Assembly: GCA_910592345.1 (NCBI GenBank)
Contig: CAJVPI010000373.1
Location: forward strand, 1 to 32,509
Direction of reading: 5' to 3'
Source: Paraglomus brasilianum
Taxonomy: Eukaryota
Length of the DNA stretch: 32,509 bases
In this document: in pieces, positions 1 through 11,446 of the stretch
Layout of the letters: each line of letters opens with the position of its first letter
Numbering within the stretch: the first letter of the stretch is position 1
Position numbers and translations under genes: made by a program
Notes under the pieces: model-generated
Seen by the model: only the letters and a program-made list of their open reading frames with translations
Told to the model about the DNA's origin: nothing
Database searches by the model: none

Positions 1-356
1 TACCCTATATTAATATTGCACCAGAAGTCTTCCATACTCGCAAATTTACTCAAGAATCAGATGTGTATTCTTTTGGTGTTATTATGCATTTGATGGCCAC
101 TGGTGAACTACCATTTAGAGATAGACAGTTTGATACAAGTTTAATATGCGAGATTATGGATGGACTACGACCATCGATGCCTGATTGTGTACCAGAGGAA
201 TACAAGAAACTTGCCGAGCGGTGTTGTGATGCTGATCCTGATAAGCGTCCAGATGCATATATACTTTGGGATGATATTAACAAGCTTATTAGAAAGATCA
301 GTTCTGATGACAACACATGGAATTCCGTTTATTATAATGATGTAAAACCCTTATAA
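1..356 (+). pseudogene. TKL-family protein kinase, C-terminal part (5' end outside window); probably degenerate
   Basis: Frame 3 reads PYINIAPEVFHTRKFTQESDVYSFGVIMHLMATGELPF...CCDADPDKRP (subdomains VIII-XI) and is a close paralog of the kinase at 8165-8866. It has a 2-codon insertion before APE, a TAA at 354-356 interrupting an ...L*RLEKE tail, and a frameshifted DLPKPRNSYDL remnant after it. Confidence 0.8.
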
Positions 357-554
357 CGTCTCGAGAAGGAGAGATTTGCCTAAACCGAGAAACAGCTACG
401 ATTTGAATTCAGCTGCAGGTATGAAGACAGCATCTGGTTACATGTTGATATAAATGAAGTCAATTTACAATATTGATATGTTTCATTGTTCTATAATTTA
501 GTGACTCAAACTCTTGAATAAACTTGTATCACGGTTTATTTACAGTTTAACAAG

Positions 555-745
555 TATTCGATCGGGTTCACGTTAGGGCCAGTCCATAATTTGGAGGACA
601 TTCTCCTAAGGAATAACTTGGTTAATTTAAACCGCCAATTTATTTCCAATAGCATTGCTTGATTACAGGAATACGATCTTGCAGAATATTAACATAAGAT
701 TGAGTAATTATGTTTTCGAAGCAGAAACGTTGTTTCCCTCAATAG
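555..745 (-). mobile_element. Degenerate Tc1/mariner-IS630 (DDE_3) transposase remnant
   Basis: Minus-strand fragments in collinear order across frameshifts: FCFENIITQSYVNILQDRIPVIK, INWRF, ENVLQIMDWP, PNVNPIEYL. These resemble the Tc1 region ...YVEILQ...WRFQQDN...DWPSxSPDLNPIENLW. Confidence 0.65.
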
Positions 746-1479
746 GTTCTCGCAATTTTTTGTGTATGTATTACTATATGTGCGCTAAATCCAGTATTAT
801 TTCACAGTGATTACATTGCTCTTATTAAAATAACCAATTTTATCACCATGATACGAAAAATATTTATTGATTGTTCAAGTACATTGCTAATAATTTACAT
901 GATTTTATTTTGTATTCTCAAAATTTACCTCCTAAACTCGGAATTTTTAATAATCTTTCCCATTATTGTAAGTAAGTATGCACGTACTTTACACGAACAA
1001 GTCTAAATCATGTATTGACAATGAGGCGGCAAACGCGTTGTGAATAAACGCCATGCAGTAAATTTCTATCCGAACGAGCATCTTGAATAAAATCAGTTTT
1101 GCTTCTAGTCTAAATTTATTATGATAAAATTGTATATAACTTTCTATTAAGATGAAACAAAGTGGATATAACGAAGAAAAAGGATAGAATGGAACCACTT
1201 TGTTATATCCGCGTAGTAAAACTATTGTCGGCGCTATCTTTTTTTCTCAACACATGGCATTATTGACTTGTGAGTAAAAAAAAAGGCTTGTAGACAATTA
1301 AAAACTGCCGAGTATGTTGTCTCTATACCCAAAATAAATAGGTTATGAGCAGATCAAACTTTTTGCATTTCGTGTGTCATTTTGCTCCCCCAATGAAACC
1401 AAGAAAAGGATAGCCACGAATACACTGTCTAGCTAAACATTTTTGTTACCGCATTCTGTATCGCCAAAACCTTCAATAC

Positions 1480-1710
1480 AATATTTCAGCATGACAAAGC
1501 GGTCTCTCCAACGACACTTGACGAAGAATAAAACAGGATCGACCCAGCGTCTGAATACACGACTAGCACATGTCCGCGAGATAAAAAGCCTTTCTCACTC
1601 CAAAAACCGGCAATCTTTGTGATAACGAAATGAACGACAAAATTTTTTTCATGGAAATTTCTTTCATACCCACAGAACTTTAACCCTATCGAGGAATTCG
1701 TTTGAAACCA
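1480..1710 (+). mobile_element. Possible IS630/Tc1-like transposase remnant
   Basis: Short motifs IFQHDKA (~1482-1501; cf. FQHDNA) and FLSYPQNFNPIEEF (~1658-1699; cf. FLPPYSPDFNPIEE). No continuous ORF. Confidence 0.35.
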
Positions 1711-1931
1711 GATATAGTAATAAAAGGCATGCATGCCCAATCTGGTAAAACTCTACCCTGAGGCGATACCAAGTATTAGATATTAACATAAAATCAATCA
1801 AAATCTCGTTCAGATATTATAAAGGAAAAGAAAAAAGAAAAAGAGTACAAAAAAGGAGACAATCGCCATTACTTTCGCCGATGACTATTCTTGTATTATA
1901 ATCTATTTTTTTTTTTACTACAAAATAAATA

Positions 1932-2946
1932 TTACTGAACACGTTCCAGTTCGTTTATAACCATATATCTCGAAAACAATACATATAAATATCTGAACCA
2001 AACTAATTGGCTCTTATGACACTTCATGGCTTCGCGCGCTTTGATGTAGTTCCCGAAACTTGATACAAGGAGCATTGTATCAGGTGGTGCCAGTGGCTTG
2101 ACAATTCCATTCGTTTTCTTCTTCCCGTCAGCGACACGATAGTTGTAATGTGTATAAGTTAGGTCAAATAGTGAAATGTATTTCCGGAATACATTGACGG
2201 TTTTGAGTTTGTATATAAGAAAGTCACTCGTTGACACGTTCCTGGTAAATGCCCTGATTAGCAAAAAAAAAAAAAAAAAAAAAGGGGTGGGGCATAAATA
2301 AATTTGCAAATGACGAGAAGAAACGATAAAGTTTTTATGCAGGGGTTTTACCTGGCCCCATTATAACATGATATGTGGTTTGGATGACCCGAGATTCCCT
2401 GGTCGTCAAATGTTATAATCTGATTGGAAGGGGAGAATAGAAACAGGTTACTTATCGATAATAATAAATAATATACTTCATTTTCCATCCCTGATAAACA
2501 ATTATATAGCAATGACGATAATATCAACAACAACACAACAACAACAGCAATTCGATCATACTCACTGTATCAACTCCATTCTTTATAACATAATCCTTCA
2601 GAATGTCGGATATTATCTCAGGATCCCAATGTACTCTTGGATCATCTTGTAAAGCCCTAACAGAATAACAAACAGTGAGCACAAACAAATAAGTTACGGT
2701 ACTTTAATCCGGAATTATTTTGTCTGTTTTAACAACTTACGCGTGATTTTCAATATTCACATAAGTTTCTTTTATCCCAAGCGTCTTACAACTAGCTTCC
2801 AACTCTTCCGTTCGTATACGTCCAAGGCCCGATTCATTTCCTAACGGTTGAATAATACATGTTAAAGTCAAGTAGACGATGTTTGCATTTTTGTCGGGTG
2901 GATACTACAATTACGTTATAGACAACAAAAAAGCTCCCATTTGCAG

Positions 2947-2987
<41 letters not shown>

Positions 2988-3216
2988 TACCATTCGACAA
3001 GCATAGCACCATAACATCATTATTCTGCGAAAGACTCAAAATCGAGGGACCAAAGAACATACACTCATCATCGGGATGCGCAAATAACAATAGAATACTC
3101 CTCCCCTTCAATCTCGGAAAATCATCATTCTTACTAGACCAGGTGAGATATGTATGTAGAATCAGGGTAAATATGACAAAAAAAGTACAAACTATAAATA
3201 TCGGTATGCTCTCCAT
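1932..3216 (-). CDS. GPI12: N-acetylglucosaminyl-phosphatidylinositol de-N-acetylase (PIG-L/GPI12)
   Basis: N-terminal TM helix, AHPDDECMFFGP motif, CLSNG, ITFDxxGISGHPNH motif, C-terminal HKSQLVWFRYLY. Exons 3216-2991, 2840-2741, 2656-2566, 2419-2352, 2253-1932, all GT-AG and in frame. Confidence 0.95.
2950..2985. repeat. (CT)n microsatellite in PIG-L intron 1
   Basis: About 17-18 perfect TC units directly visible. Confidence 0.95.
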
Positions 3217-4174
3217 TACGACGAGACTAGCTCTCTATAGAATGTAAAGAAAACAGAGACAGGAGGAGGAAGAGGAGGAGGAAGGAGTAGTAGGAAGGAG
3301 TAGAAGGAACTGAGAGTTGATATTATTTATGATGAGAGAAGACGTAGGCAGGCAGTTTAGGGTTACAGGTAGGTTAACAAAAATCGTATAGAAGTTAAAA
3401 ATATTCCACGTTTTTGATGTATCACAAAACCACATGTCGAATCATGTGTGTCGGTGTGTATATAATTATAGTAATAGATTTGGGAACCAGATGTAATGCA
3501 AGCAAGCAAATTCAAAAGTTCATGTTTATATTTTATAGGAATATTCTCTGCCCTCATCCGATCGGGTTTAATTAAAAGTTATGACGTCAAATATAATTCG
3601 ACAAACAACTCATAACAATCACTATATTCACGATTTCTCGACAATCCAAATTGGGAACGTTTGTACAAAAACGAGTTTGATTAGAGAACACGCCTACGAT
3701 TAACAAGTTTAAACATTACCTGCGCAGTTGATTGTTCCTAAAGTGCAGATTGTCTCCCAAGACAAATCGCTAACGAAGCCTTTGCATTAAAAGAATGCAA
3801 CAGCAGTCTGCCTTTCCGCAAACCACGGTAACAAAAACACTAATTACAACAGCGAAAACTTACAGGGATAATCACCAAAAGGGAGAAACATACAAGTATG
3901 TCATGAAACGTAGCAACGGCCTTTCAGTCGTGTTCAAACAACACATCCAAGTCAAAAACGAAATACTAACAAGTAAGTAAACGTTGAAAGACCTATATAA
4001 AAGGAAATGAATTGAACGCCAAAAAAGTGAAGCTAACTGTCAAGTCAAATTAAAATTGTTTGTGGATCGATCATCTTTGTGATACAAACATGAAATGATG
4101 CAATAAAATGAAAGTCTACTTATAGCTTAATTATTCAATGTGATTTGTTTGTACTCTTTTTTTGCCAATACTAA

Positions 4175-5036
4175 ATGAGCGATTACAACATAGATGCGGA
4201 AGAGAGAGGTGTACATACGGAAACTAGAAATGGAAATTCAGATGAGCCCGAAAGCGAATACGAAGACGAGGTGAAATTCATATTATTGAAAAAAGTGGGA
4301 GGAGGGGGGATCTTTTGTTATACAACGAGCTTTATGCTGAAGGAGGGTTTACCCCCCAATTTATTAGGTATCGTACTTGATCCTCGACGTAGGAACAGAA
4401 CTAACAAATGAAATGCTACAATCACTCGACCACAATCAAGGATATTCACTAATTGTATGCAAGGATGCCCGCAAAAGAGTGCATAGTCAGTATTTTCATC
4501 CGCACGAATGTTCATTCCCGCTCGAATTTTTAGGGCCTAGACACGGATACCCCATATTTAGAGGTAGCAGGTCAACAATACAGAGGCGAGCTTGATGATC
4601 AAGTGGGAACTACGTTGCTATTTACACAAGAATTAGGTATTCAAATCGCTAATAAAATTAGAGAAACCGTTGGTCGAAACCCTACATTTCTTTTTCTTGG
4701 AACTCGAATAACCCTTCTTACAAACATATCCCTTTTCTCATGAATCTTTTCATAGATCCAGACTCGTCCAGATGCTCAGACCTGAACTATATTTGTCACA
4801 CGAGCAAGAGAATCAACTTTTCAAGAATCATTCTCGAACATAAAAAACCAGAAGAAAGTACACGCAATGTTAACTCACAGGAAGAAGCTGATGAAGGCAG
4901 AACGGATAACGACGAATCAGAGTGGGATTTCGAAGACGGCGATGTGAATGTTGATGGCGGCACGGAGAGAGAAAATCGTAGGCGGGAAAGAGTCGTTAGA
5001 ATGGAAGTCGATGATGCGAGCGAGAGTGATGTGTGA
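4175..5036 (+). CDS. TFIIIC subunit 6-like protein (GTF3C6/Tfc7/Sfc7 triple-barrel domain)
   Basis: Spliced product: acidic N-terminus, VSYLILDVG...YSLIGLDTDTPYLEVAGQQYRGELDDQVGTTLLF...YICHTSKRINFSRI, acidic tail. This fits the TFIIIC_sub6 pattern GLDTxxP.L....F.G......GT.L.F. Exons 4175-4270, 4368-4454, 4534-4636, 4756-5036. Confidence 0.8.
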
Positions 5037-8000
5037 TTGCGCGTGGTGAACAGTTTGACGACAAGAGAGTGCTGAACGATGGGATGGATCAGAATTAATT
5101 ACAACTCAAATAACTCACAACCCCATCAGGACTCTGGTTATTGATTTGCGATTTCTTTTCGTTGACAATTTTAGCGAAAATGTGATCTCCTGCTGGCAAG
5201 AGCTGACGACGGCATAACGATAATACTATATGTCAAAAAGAACACTGGGTGAAGTCCATCAAAATGCTTTCCATGCCTTGGTTTTGTTTGTCTTTTTTTC
5301 AGCAGTATCAAATTATACCATCTTTTCATCATGACACGAACACGCTACGTCTACTCCTGATTATTATTGGCTTTGCTTTCCTCTGTTATCATTCCCCACA
5401 AAAAATTCGATGGTTTCGAATTAAGTAGTAGATTGTTTGTGATGCTAAACCAGTGCATTACAGTAAAAGTCCTCTTATTATAGCGAGTCGCTTTTCCGTT
5501 GTTAGACAACCGCCATTAGAAATTATTAATAAGCAACTACGATCATATAGACTTATTGTAAGTAAAGAGAGAGAGAGTTATGCTTTCTAGAATCAGCTGT
5601 GATAGATTGGTAGTACAATTATGATGTGGCTAAATTCCAGTCTCTCTTGCAAGCATTCTGTCAGTTTGATGTTTGGTCAAATCGAATTGAAAGGCAATGT
5701 TCTAAATAAAGAGTCATCTCACCGGATGAAGAAAATCCATGATTGAATAGTCCGCATTGTTTATCAAACTACTCTCCTATTGGCTAATATTAGACCCATA
5801 ACTGACCAGACCCGCAAATTTATTGCAACATAAAAGGCTTGGTGGCGTCTTCTTACTGCCTCAAATTAATGAGTAAGGATAATATAGGATTTGGGTGATT
5901 CCAGTCCACTTGTAATCACCAAATATTTGGCGGGTTAAAAGACCGGTCTTATCCGACCTCCGATTGTCCATTCCTGCTCTGTGGGTTTGGACGATGGAGG
6001 AAGGGTTTGTGCTGGTCTCCGTTATTATGATCGTAAAGTATATTTATTTAGGTCGCCACCATTAACGTTTGTCGGTAGTCATTACTAAGCCGGTTTTTAC
6101 ACTAGGTGAATGCATCAACAATTATAGCTATGCAATTCTATTAAGTGTACGTTCTTTAGTTATAAGTAAACTGGTCTTATGTTGCTATACTCTATACTTG
6201 ACATTTTCTTTTCGAGCTTGGCGTGCTCGGATGAAATTGGTGGCGCGTAAGCAACAGTAGTTCGCCGCTGGCAATGCTCGATCGATAGTTACACATCACC
6301 TGATTAACGTCCTGGGGCCACTAAGAAGTTCCTAGTGTTATATTGCATTGTTTACCTGCCGTCTTAATATTAACATTTCATCCAATTAATCCATATTATT
6401 ACTCACTGGTTTTATGGGTTCGATGTTTAAGGTTCTACTAAATATTAGTCGAAATAACGGATTACCCACTACAGACATAGTAAGCGTTGGTGATATTTAT
6501 ATTATTGTTTCTACTACAGCCTTATTCTATAAATGCATAATTTAAGAAATCTTTCTACTTTATTTGGCAAGAGCAAATGAGCACCTACCCATCAATTTGT
6601 CCATTTACTAATGCGCTAATGAGAGCACTCTTTATCAAATGTAGTACGCTATGTATGCTTTCGTCTTATTTACGGATAAAGGATGTTCGTAACAGAGAAA
6701 CGTTAAACTGTCTTTGTGAATAGTACGTAGTAGCGGTTCATTTTTGTCGTCATTATACAGAAAACCATCGGATGTGCATCGATAGCGAAATTGATGATAG
6801 TATTGAATTACCGATTGTAAACTGCAACAAGAACATTGCAGAATAATTCAAAGATATTAACTGCATATCAATGAATGTAACGATAAATAACTTTAATCGA
6901 TCACATGTTAACCCTCTACAATTCAATTAATCGAGCTGATTTTGAGTCGTGCTTTGTGAAACATATACGATACGAAATCTTTAATACAGATGGTATAGTG
7001 AGGCGTAATATACGCAAAAACAAACGAGAGTTTATATGCAGCCATACCTCAGTTATGCCAGATCAGAATAATGCATACTTTGACATTAATATTAACTCTG
7101 CTGCTATATAATAATACAGTAATATTCGCACTATAAACTTCTTATTTTTTATACGCTTGGTGAAAACAACAAATATAAGTTACAATGTATTAAGCTTGAA
7201 TCATCATCATGTAAGCAAATATTCTACGAAGAAATTATTCGCTTGAACGTTGTCTCCCCGAATTTGCTGAAATCTCAGCGTTGCAATTGGAGGCATGAAG
7301 GCGATTACTTAGTGGCAAATGCAACAAGCCAATAACTGAAACTTAGAAATACGTTGCTAAAAATATAACAATTAGTAGCTTGAAAGATATAAAAGCAGGA
7401 GTTAGCTATGTTTCAAGTGTTTCGAAGTCCCAATTATAATATTCCGATTCCTTATTATCTTATCAATAAACGAGTATCGCATTTACTCTGATCATAAACT
7501 GTTTTCCGTATTTCCCTGAATTATTCGATACAGATAGAATCACTAATCCCTCTATCGGAGAAGGATAATCGCTTCTTGTCCCGCGATTATCTGAGTAGCG
7601 AATTAATTGTTGAGTATAACGCGTTAATATTTAAGTGTATTTAAAACGGACAGACTGTCGAACTAATCCATCGGCAGATAGTCGTTCTACTTATCTCGAG
7701 AGCAATTGATTGTCTAAGGATTAGTGTCGCGATCCGGCAAACGGAAGTGCCGTTAGCGTAAGTCTAAACGAAAGGTCACTAACCGTCAGTCTGGTTCAGC
7801 TTTTAGTAGGCGTGTCATTCAGCTCTCCCGTCTCGACACATACTAGTCATGGGACATGTTTTTATGACAAGCACATTTAATTGGAAGAGGTATATAATAT
7901 AGGTAAGCAAATTGCAAATATCCAGTCACTAAATTGTAAGATAACATATAACAAAGATGTAAATTGACTTTATTTTAATATGTGGTCCAAATTCTTGTCT

Positions 8001-8164
8001 TTTTATACTTGTATGATCTCCCTACATCTTATCTACCTTCCCTAACCTTATTTCTGAACTTAAATCTGGTACAGTCATATTTGTATATATTATTATTTTT
8101 GCAGAATAGCTTTTGAAATCAATTGTATGGTCTCCAGTAGGTAAGAGCATGATTACTCTCCTTC

Positions 8165-10581
8165 TCAAGATAACAGCCTTATATTGTATGATATGATAGA
8201 TATCCTGTCATCAAAATCAATCCTTTTCATCTGATTAAGAAGGACACAAACTTCACCTGTACTTGGACGCTTGACAGGGTCAGCATCCCAACAATGCTGA
8301 GCAAGTCTCTTGTATTTATCTGGTGCTGAATCAGGCATTGTTGGTTGTAGTCCACTCAAAATATCATGTATTAAATTTTTATCAAATTGTCTATCTTGAA
8401 AAGGTGCTTCACCAGTGGCCATCAAATACATGATAATACCGAAAGAATATATATCTGATTGTTGAGTAAATTTGCGTGTATGGAGGACTTCTGGTGCAAT
8501 GAAGGGTAAACTACCTTGAACTGTTGATTTTATATTCAACTCACACTGCTGTGAAAGACCAAAATTACAAATGAATGGATTGTTGTTATGCAAAACTATG
8601 TTTCCACCATGAAGATCACAATGCACATATCCTGATAAATGTATATGATGCAGATGATTTGCAATGGTTTCCAAAAGTTGTATTTTCATCCTCCATGTCA
8701 GGTTGTTAATATTTCGATCCAAATAAGACAAGAGGCTACCATTATTAGCATATTCCATAACAATCATGTACTCTTTTGTTTCTGGGTGTTGCATGACTCC
8801 ATACACTGATAGGAATGAGAGTGAATATGTGGAAGCTTGGTTCATGCACTTTACATGAATTCTGAACTAATAAATAAAAATAAATACAGAGTCAGCTTCA
8901 TATTAAATACCCATTTATCAATACTATCAAAATTGCTTACCTCGTTAACAAGCAGATCTTCTGCTTCATCAAAATGCTTGAAACGTTTGAGGACAACCAT
9001 TTCTGGTATACGCTGTGCTTCTGAATTTCTATACTTGGCAGTATAGACTGTTGTATAACTCCCAGATCCAATCTCCTTAATTTCATCAAAGTCACTATAC
9101 TGCATATCTTCACGTTCATTAATACTTGGACTAAGTCGTATGAACCTGTTTAATATTGCATGTATTTCATGGTAGAAAACTAAATAATATTCTTTGGTAG
9201 ATGGTGACAGAGTGATCCCAACAACCCAGACATTGTCTGGGTTTAATATCTTTGGATGTTCTTTAGTCAGCTATTTGAGTAAACAAATACAGGGTTGTTA
9301 TAATAATATTGACTATATATATAAACATAAACACACAATGCCACTTAAATTAATTATACTATTTTGCATTGTATATATGTAAAATAATTTACCTGATAAA
9401 AGTCAAATGCCTGAGCATTCCATCCATCAGCTATCCATTTGAGTGTCACTCTTGTTGGTTCATTTGCTGTTTGCTCTAACCAATCTGCTACATGTGTGCA
9501 TCCATGTCGTAATGATGCCATCTCTTGTACATTTGTCAATGAAGAGTATTCTATCCATTGTATATAGGCATCATTTTCACTTGCCATATTATTCCATGAC
9601 TTCATTATAAATGAATCCAAGGACTTGTTGCCTGTAGTCCAATCAAGAGGTGTTGGTGCTTTACACTCATAACAGAATGTCTGAATTTGATGGTTCAACT
9701 GGCAAGCATTTGCCAGACATAGTCCAACCTCGTCTCCTTCTTTTATTAAACAATACTTTTGTATACTTGCATCATAAGTGAATCCAATGGTAATCCAAAC
9801 ATTTGTGGTAAGAATATCTGGATGCTCATCACATAACTAGTGGAATGATACATAGGTCAATATTTATTTAACAATGGATAAACATAATATATTCATCTTT
9901 GATAGTCACCTCGTTATAATATAAATTATCTGTCTCATCAGTTATCTCAAGTGGAATCAACTTAGCTTCTTCACAATTAGGTGGACCATCAATGTATGCC
10001 ACACCATCATTAGTAATAGTAAACCTATCAATACAATCAAATGGAATCCACTCCAAATAGGGTTCATTTGCAGAGTTTGTTTGTAATTGAGAATTCTTAA
10101 TAAACTCATCAAGTTGCGTATTGTTGCTAGTCCATCCGTTGGATAATTCTTTACGGCCACAGATGCACCACACTGGACTACATCGGAGTATTCCACATGC
10201 GGAGCAGAATCCATATCGAGAATAATAATGGTAAAACCTTCTATCGGCAACCATGTAATAGCTACCGTCGTACTCGGTGAATCCATATATGCTTGCGTTG
10301 CGACGTTTAAGCCATATGGAATATCTTCTGAAGTTGTTGCTATTACCATCGTACTTGTGTGTCGGACGTGAGTGTATTCTGGCGAACTCATATACAAATG
10401 TCTGTGTACATTCTTCGCTATTTCCAAGTAATAGTAACATGACGGTTGTCCTCCTCATTACTGCGTAGTAGGCGTTGGAAAATTGACTTGTCGTTATGTT
10501 GGTAATTTGCGAGCAATGAATCCATTTAAGCTCTCTAATATATTCACTTTCTGAGAAGGATTGGACCAAGTCGCTAGCCAT
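8165..10581 (-). CDS. TKL-family (pseudo)kinase with three N-terminal degenerate kinase N-lobe / Cys-WTxxN modules
   Basis: Exons 10581-9910, 9836-9393, 9270-8941, 8866-8165 splice in frame (all phase 0). The C-terminal kinase reads IGSGSYTTVY, VVLK, HCDLHGGN, CNFG (for DFG), APE, SDIYSFG. Upstream modules carry CxxC...WCxC...WTSNNxxLDEFI...LEWIPF-type motifs typical of Glomeromycotina kinases. Confidence 0.85.
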
Positions 10582-10689
10582 TGTTTTGAATAAAAAAGTT
10601 TTTTCGAGCAACAATTTCGGAGAGAGATTCGGAGTACAATCTTATAAAATAATATCTTTCGGGGTTAATCTCCGGTTCAGATAATCGGG

Positions 10690-10791
10690 AATTTACCTAC
10701 CTGCAGGTCGTGCAGGCTCAAATACTCCTCCATAAATAGAAATATTATGGACTGTACGACGTATCAGGTTGTGCGACCTGACAGGTAAATT
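10690..10791. mobile_element. MITE-like imperfect palindrome (~100 bp)
   Basis: Left AATTTACCTACCTGCAGGTCG versus the reverse complement of the right end AATTTACCTGTCAGGTCG; inner arms TCCATAA/TTATGGA; TA flanks CCTG...CAGG. Confidence 0.55.
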
Positions 10792-11403
10792 ATAACAGTT
10801 GTGTTACATCGCACATTTACACAACGTGCGCAAGCATTCTATATTCATTTTTCTTTGACACGTTCACTGCTCGCCCTCGTTCTGATAGAATTAAAGGAAT
10901 AAGAAATTCACATTCCTCCGTGAAAATACTCGGGGAATGCGAAAGCATACTTTACTGATACAACGGTAAATTTTCAACATTATATCTAGCTTATCTGCCA
11001 ATCCACCCGAGTTCGCCATCGTGGATTCACACGAGGATAACATAACACTCCGCGTTTTTGGACCCTTTACATGTACGGTCCAGCACAATTCATTTTTGCA
11101 CTAAGAACACAAATTCAGCAACGGTACTGGAATGACGCATTTTATTGGCGTTATTTTTGAGCCAGTTCCTTCAGAACAATTCAATGTAATGCTGGATTCT
11201 TTTTAAAGAAACGACCCTTTTACCGATAACCCTGTTGCAATAAGGAGAGAAATTATACTAATGTAATTCCTTAACTGAAGGAAGAAAGAGCGATTAATCT
11301 TAGATTTCGCTCTTGAATGAATTTTTACGTAGACGACTATTCACTACTACTAAGACTGCTACGTACGTACCAACTATAGTATTCTATTTTTCAACAGAAT
11401 CGG

Positions 11404-11446
11404 ACATGTCAATACACATTCCAACATGTCAATACACATTCCAACA
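11404..11446. repeat. 20-bp perfect tandem duplication
   Basis: ACATGTCAATACACATTCCA occurs twice (11404-11423, 11424-11443), followed by ACA. Confidence 0.9.

Noticed and set aside
2879..3247. 122-aa plus-strand ORF with an SLSLSL run
   Set aside because: It is antisense to PIG-L exon 1 and the run is the CT microsatellite.
5600..5960. Possible CACTA transposase trace (minus strand, resembling MHSLFENIA) and weak inverted repeats at ~5800-5950
   Set aside because: It needs several indels to read, so it is too weak to support by eye.
7200..7400. Possible second Tc1 relic on the minus strand (SKFQL; AACGTTGTCTCCC similar to 727-738)
   Set aside because: Only very short matches, which could be chance.
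7725..7760. CCG-GCAAA-CGG hairpin as SRP RNA helix 8, or a hammerhead ribozyme nearby
   Set aside because: It lacks the AGG/AGCA internal loop of SRP, and there is no CUGANGA core paired with the CGAAA.
9957..10427. 156-aa alternative-frame ORF inside kinase exon 1
   Set aside because: It overlaps the frame carrying the recognisable kinase-associated motifs and has no motif of its own.
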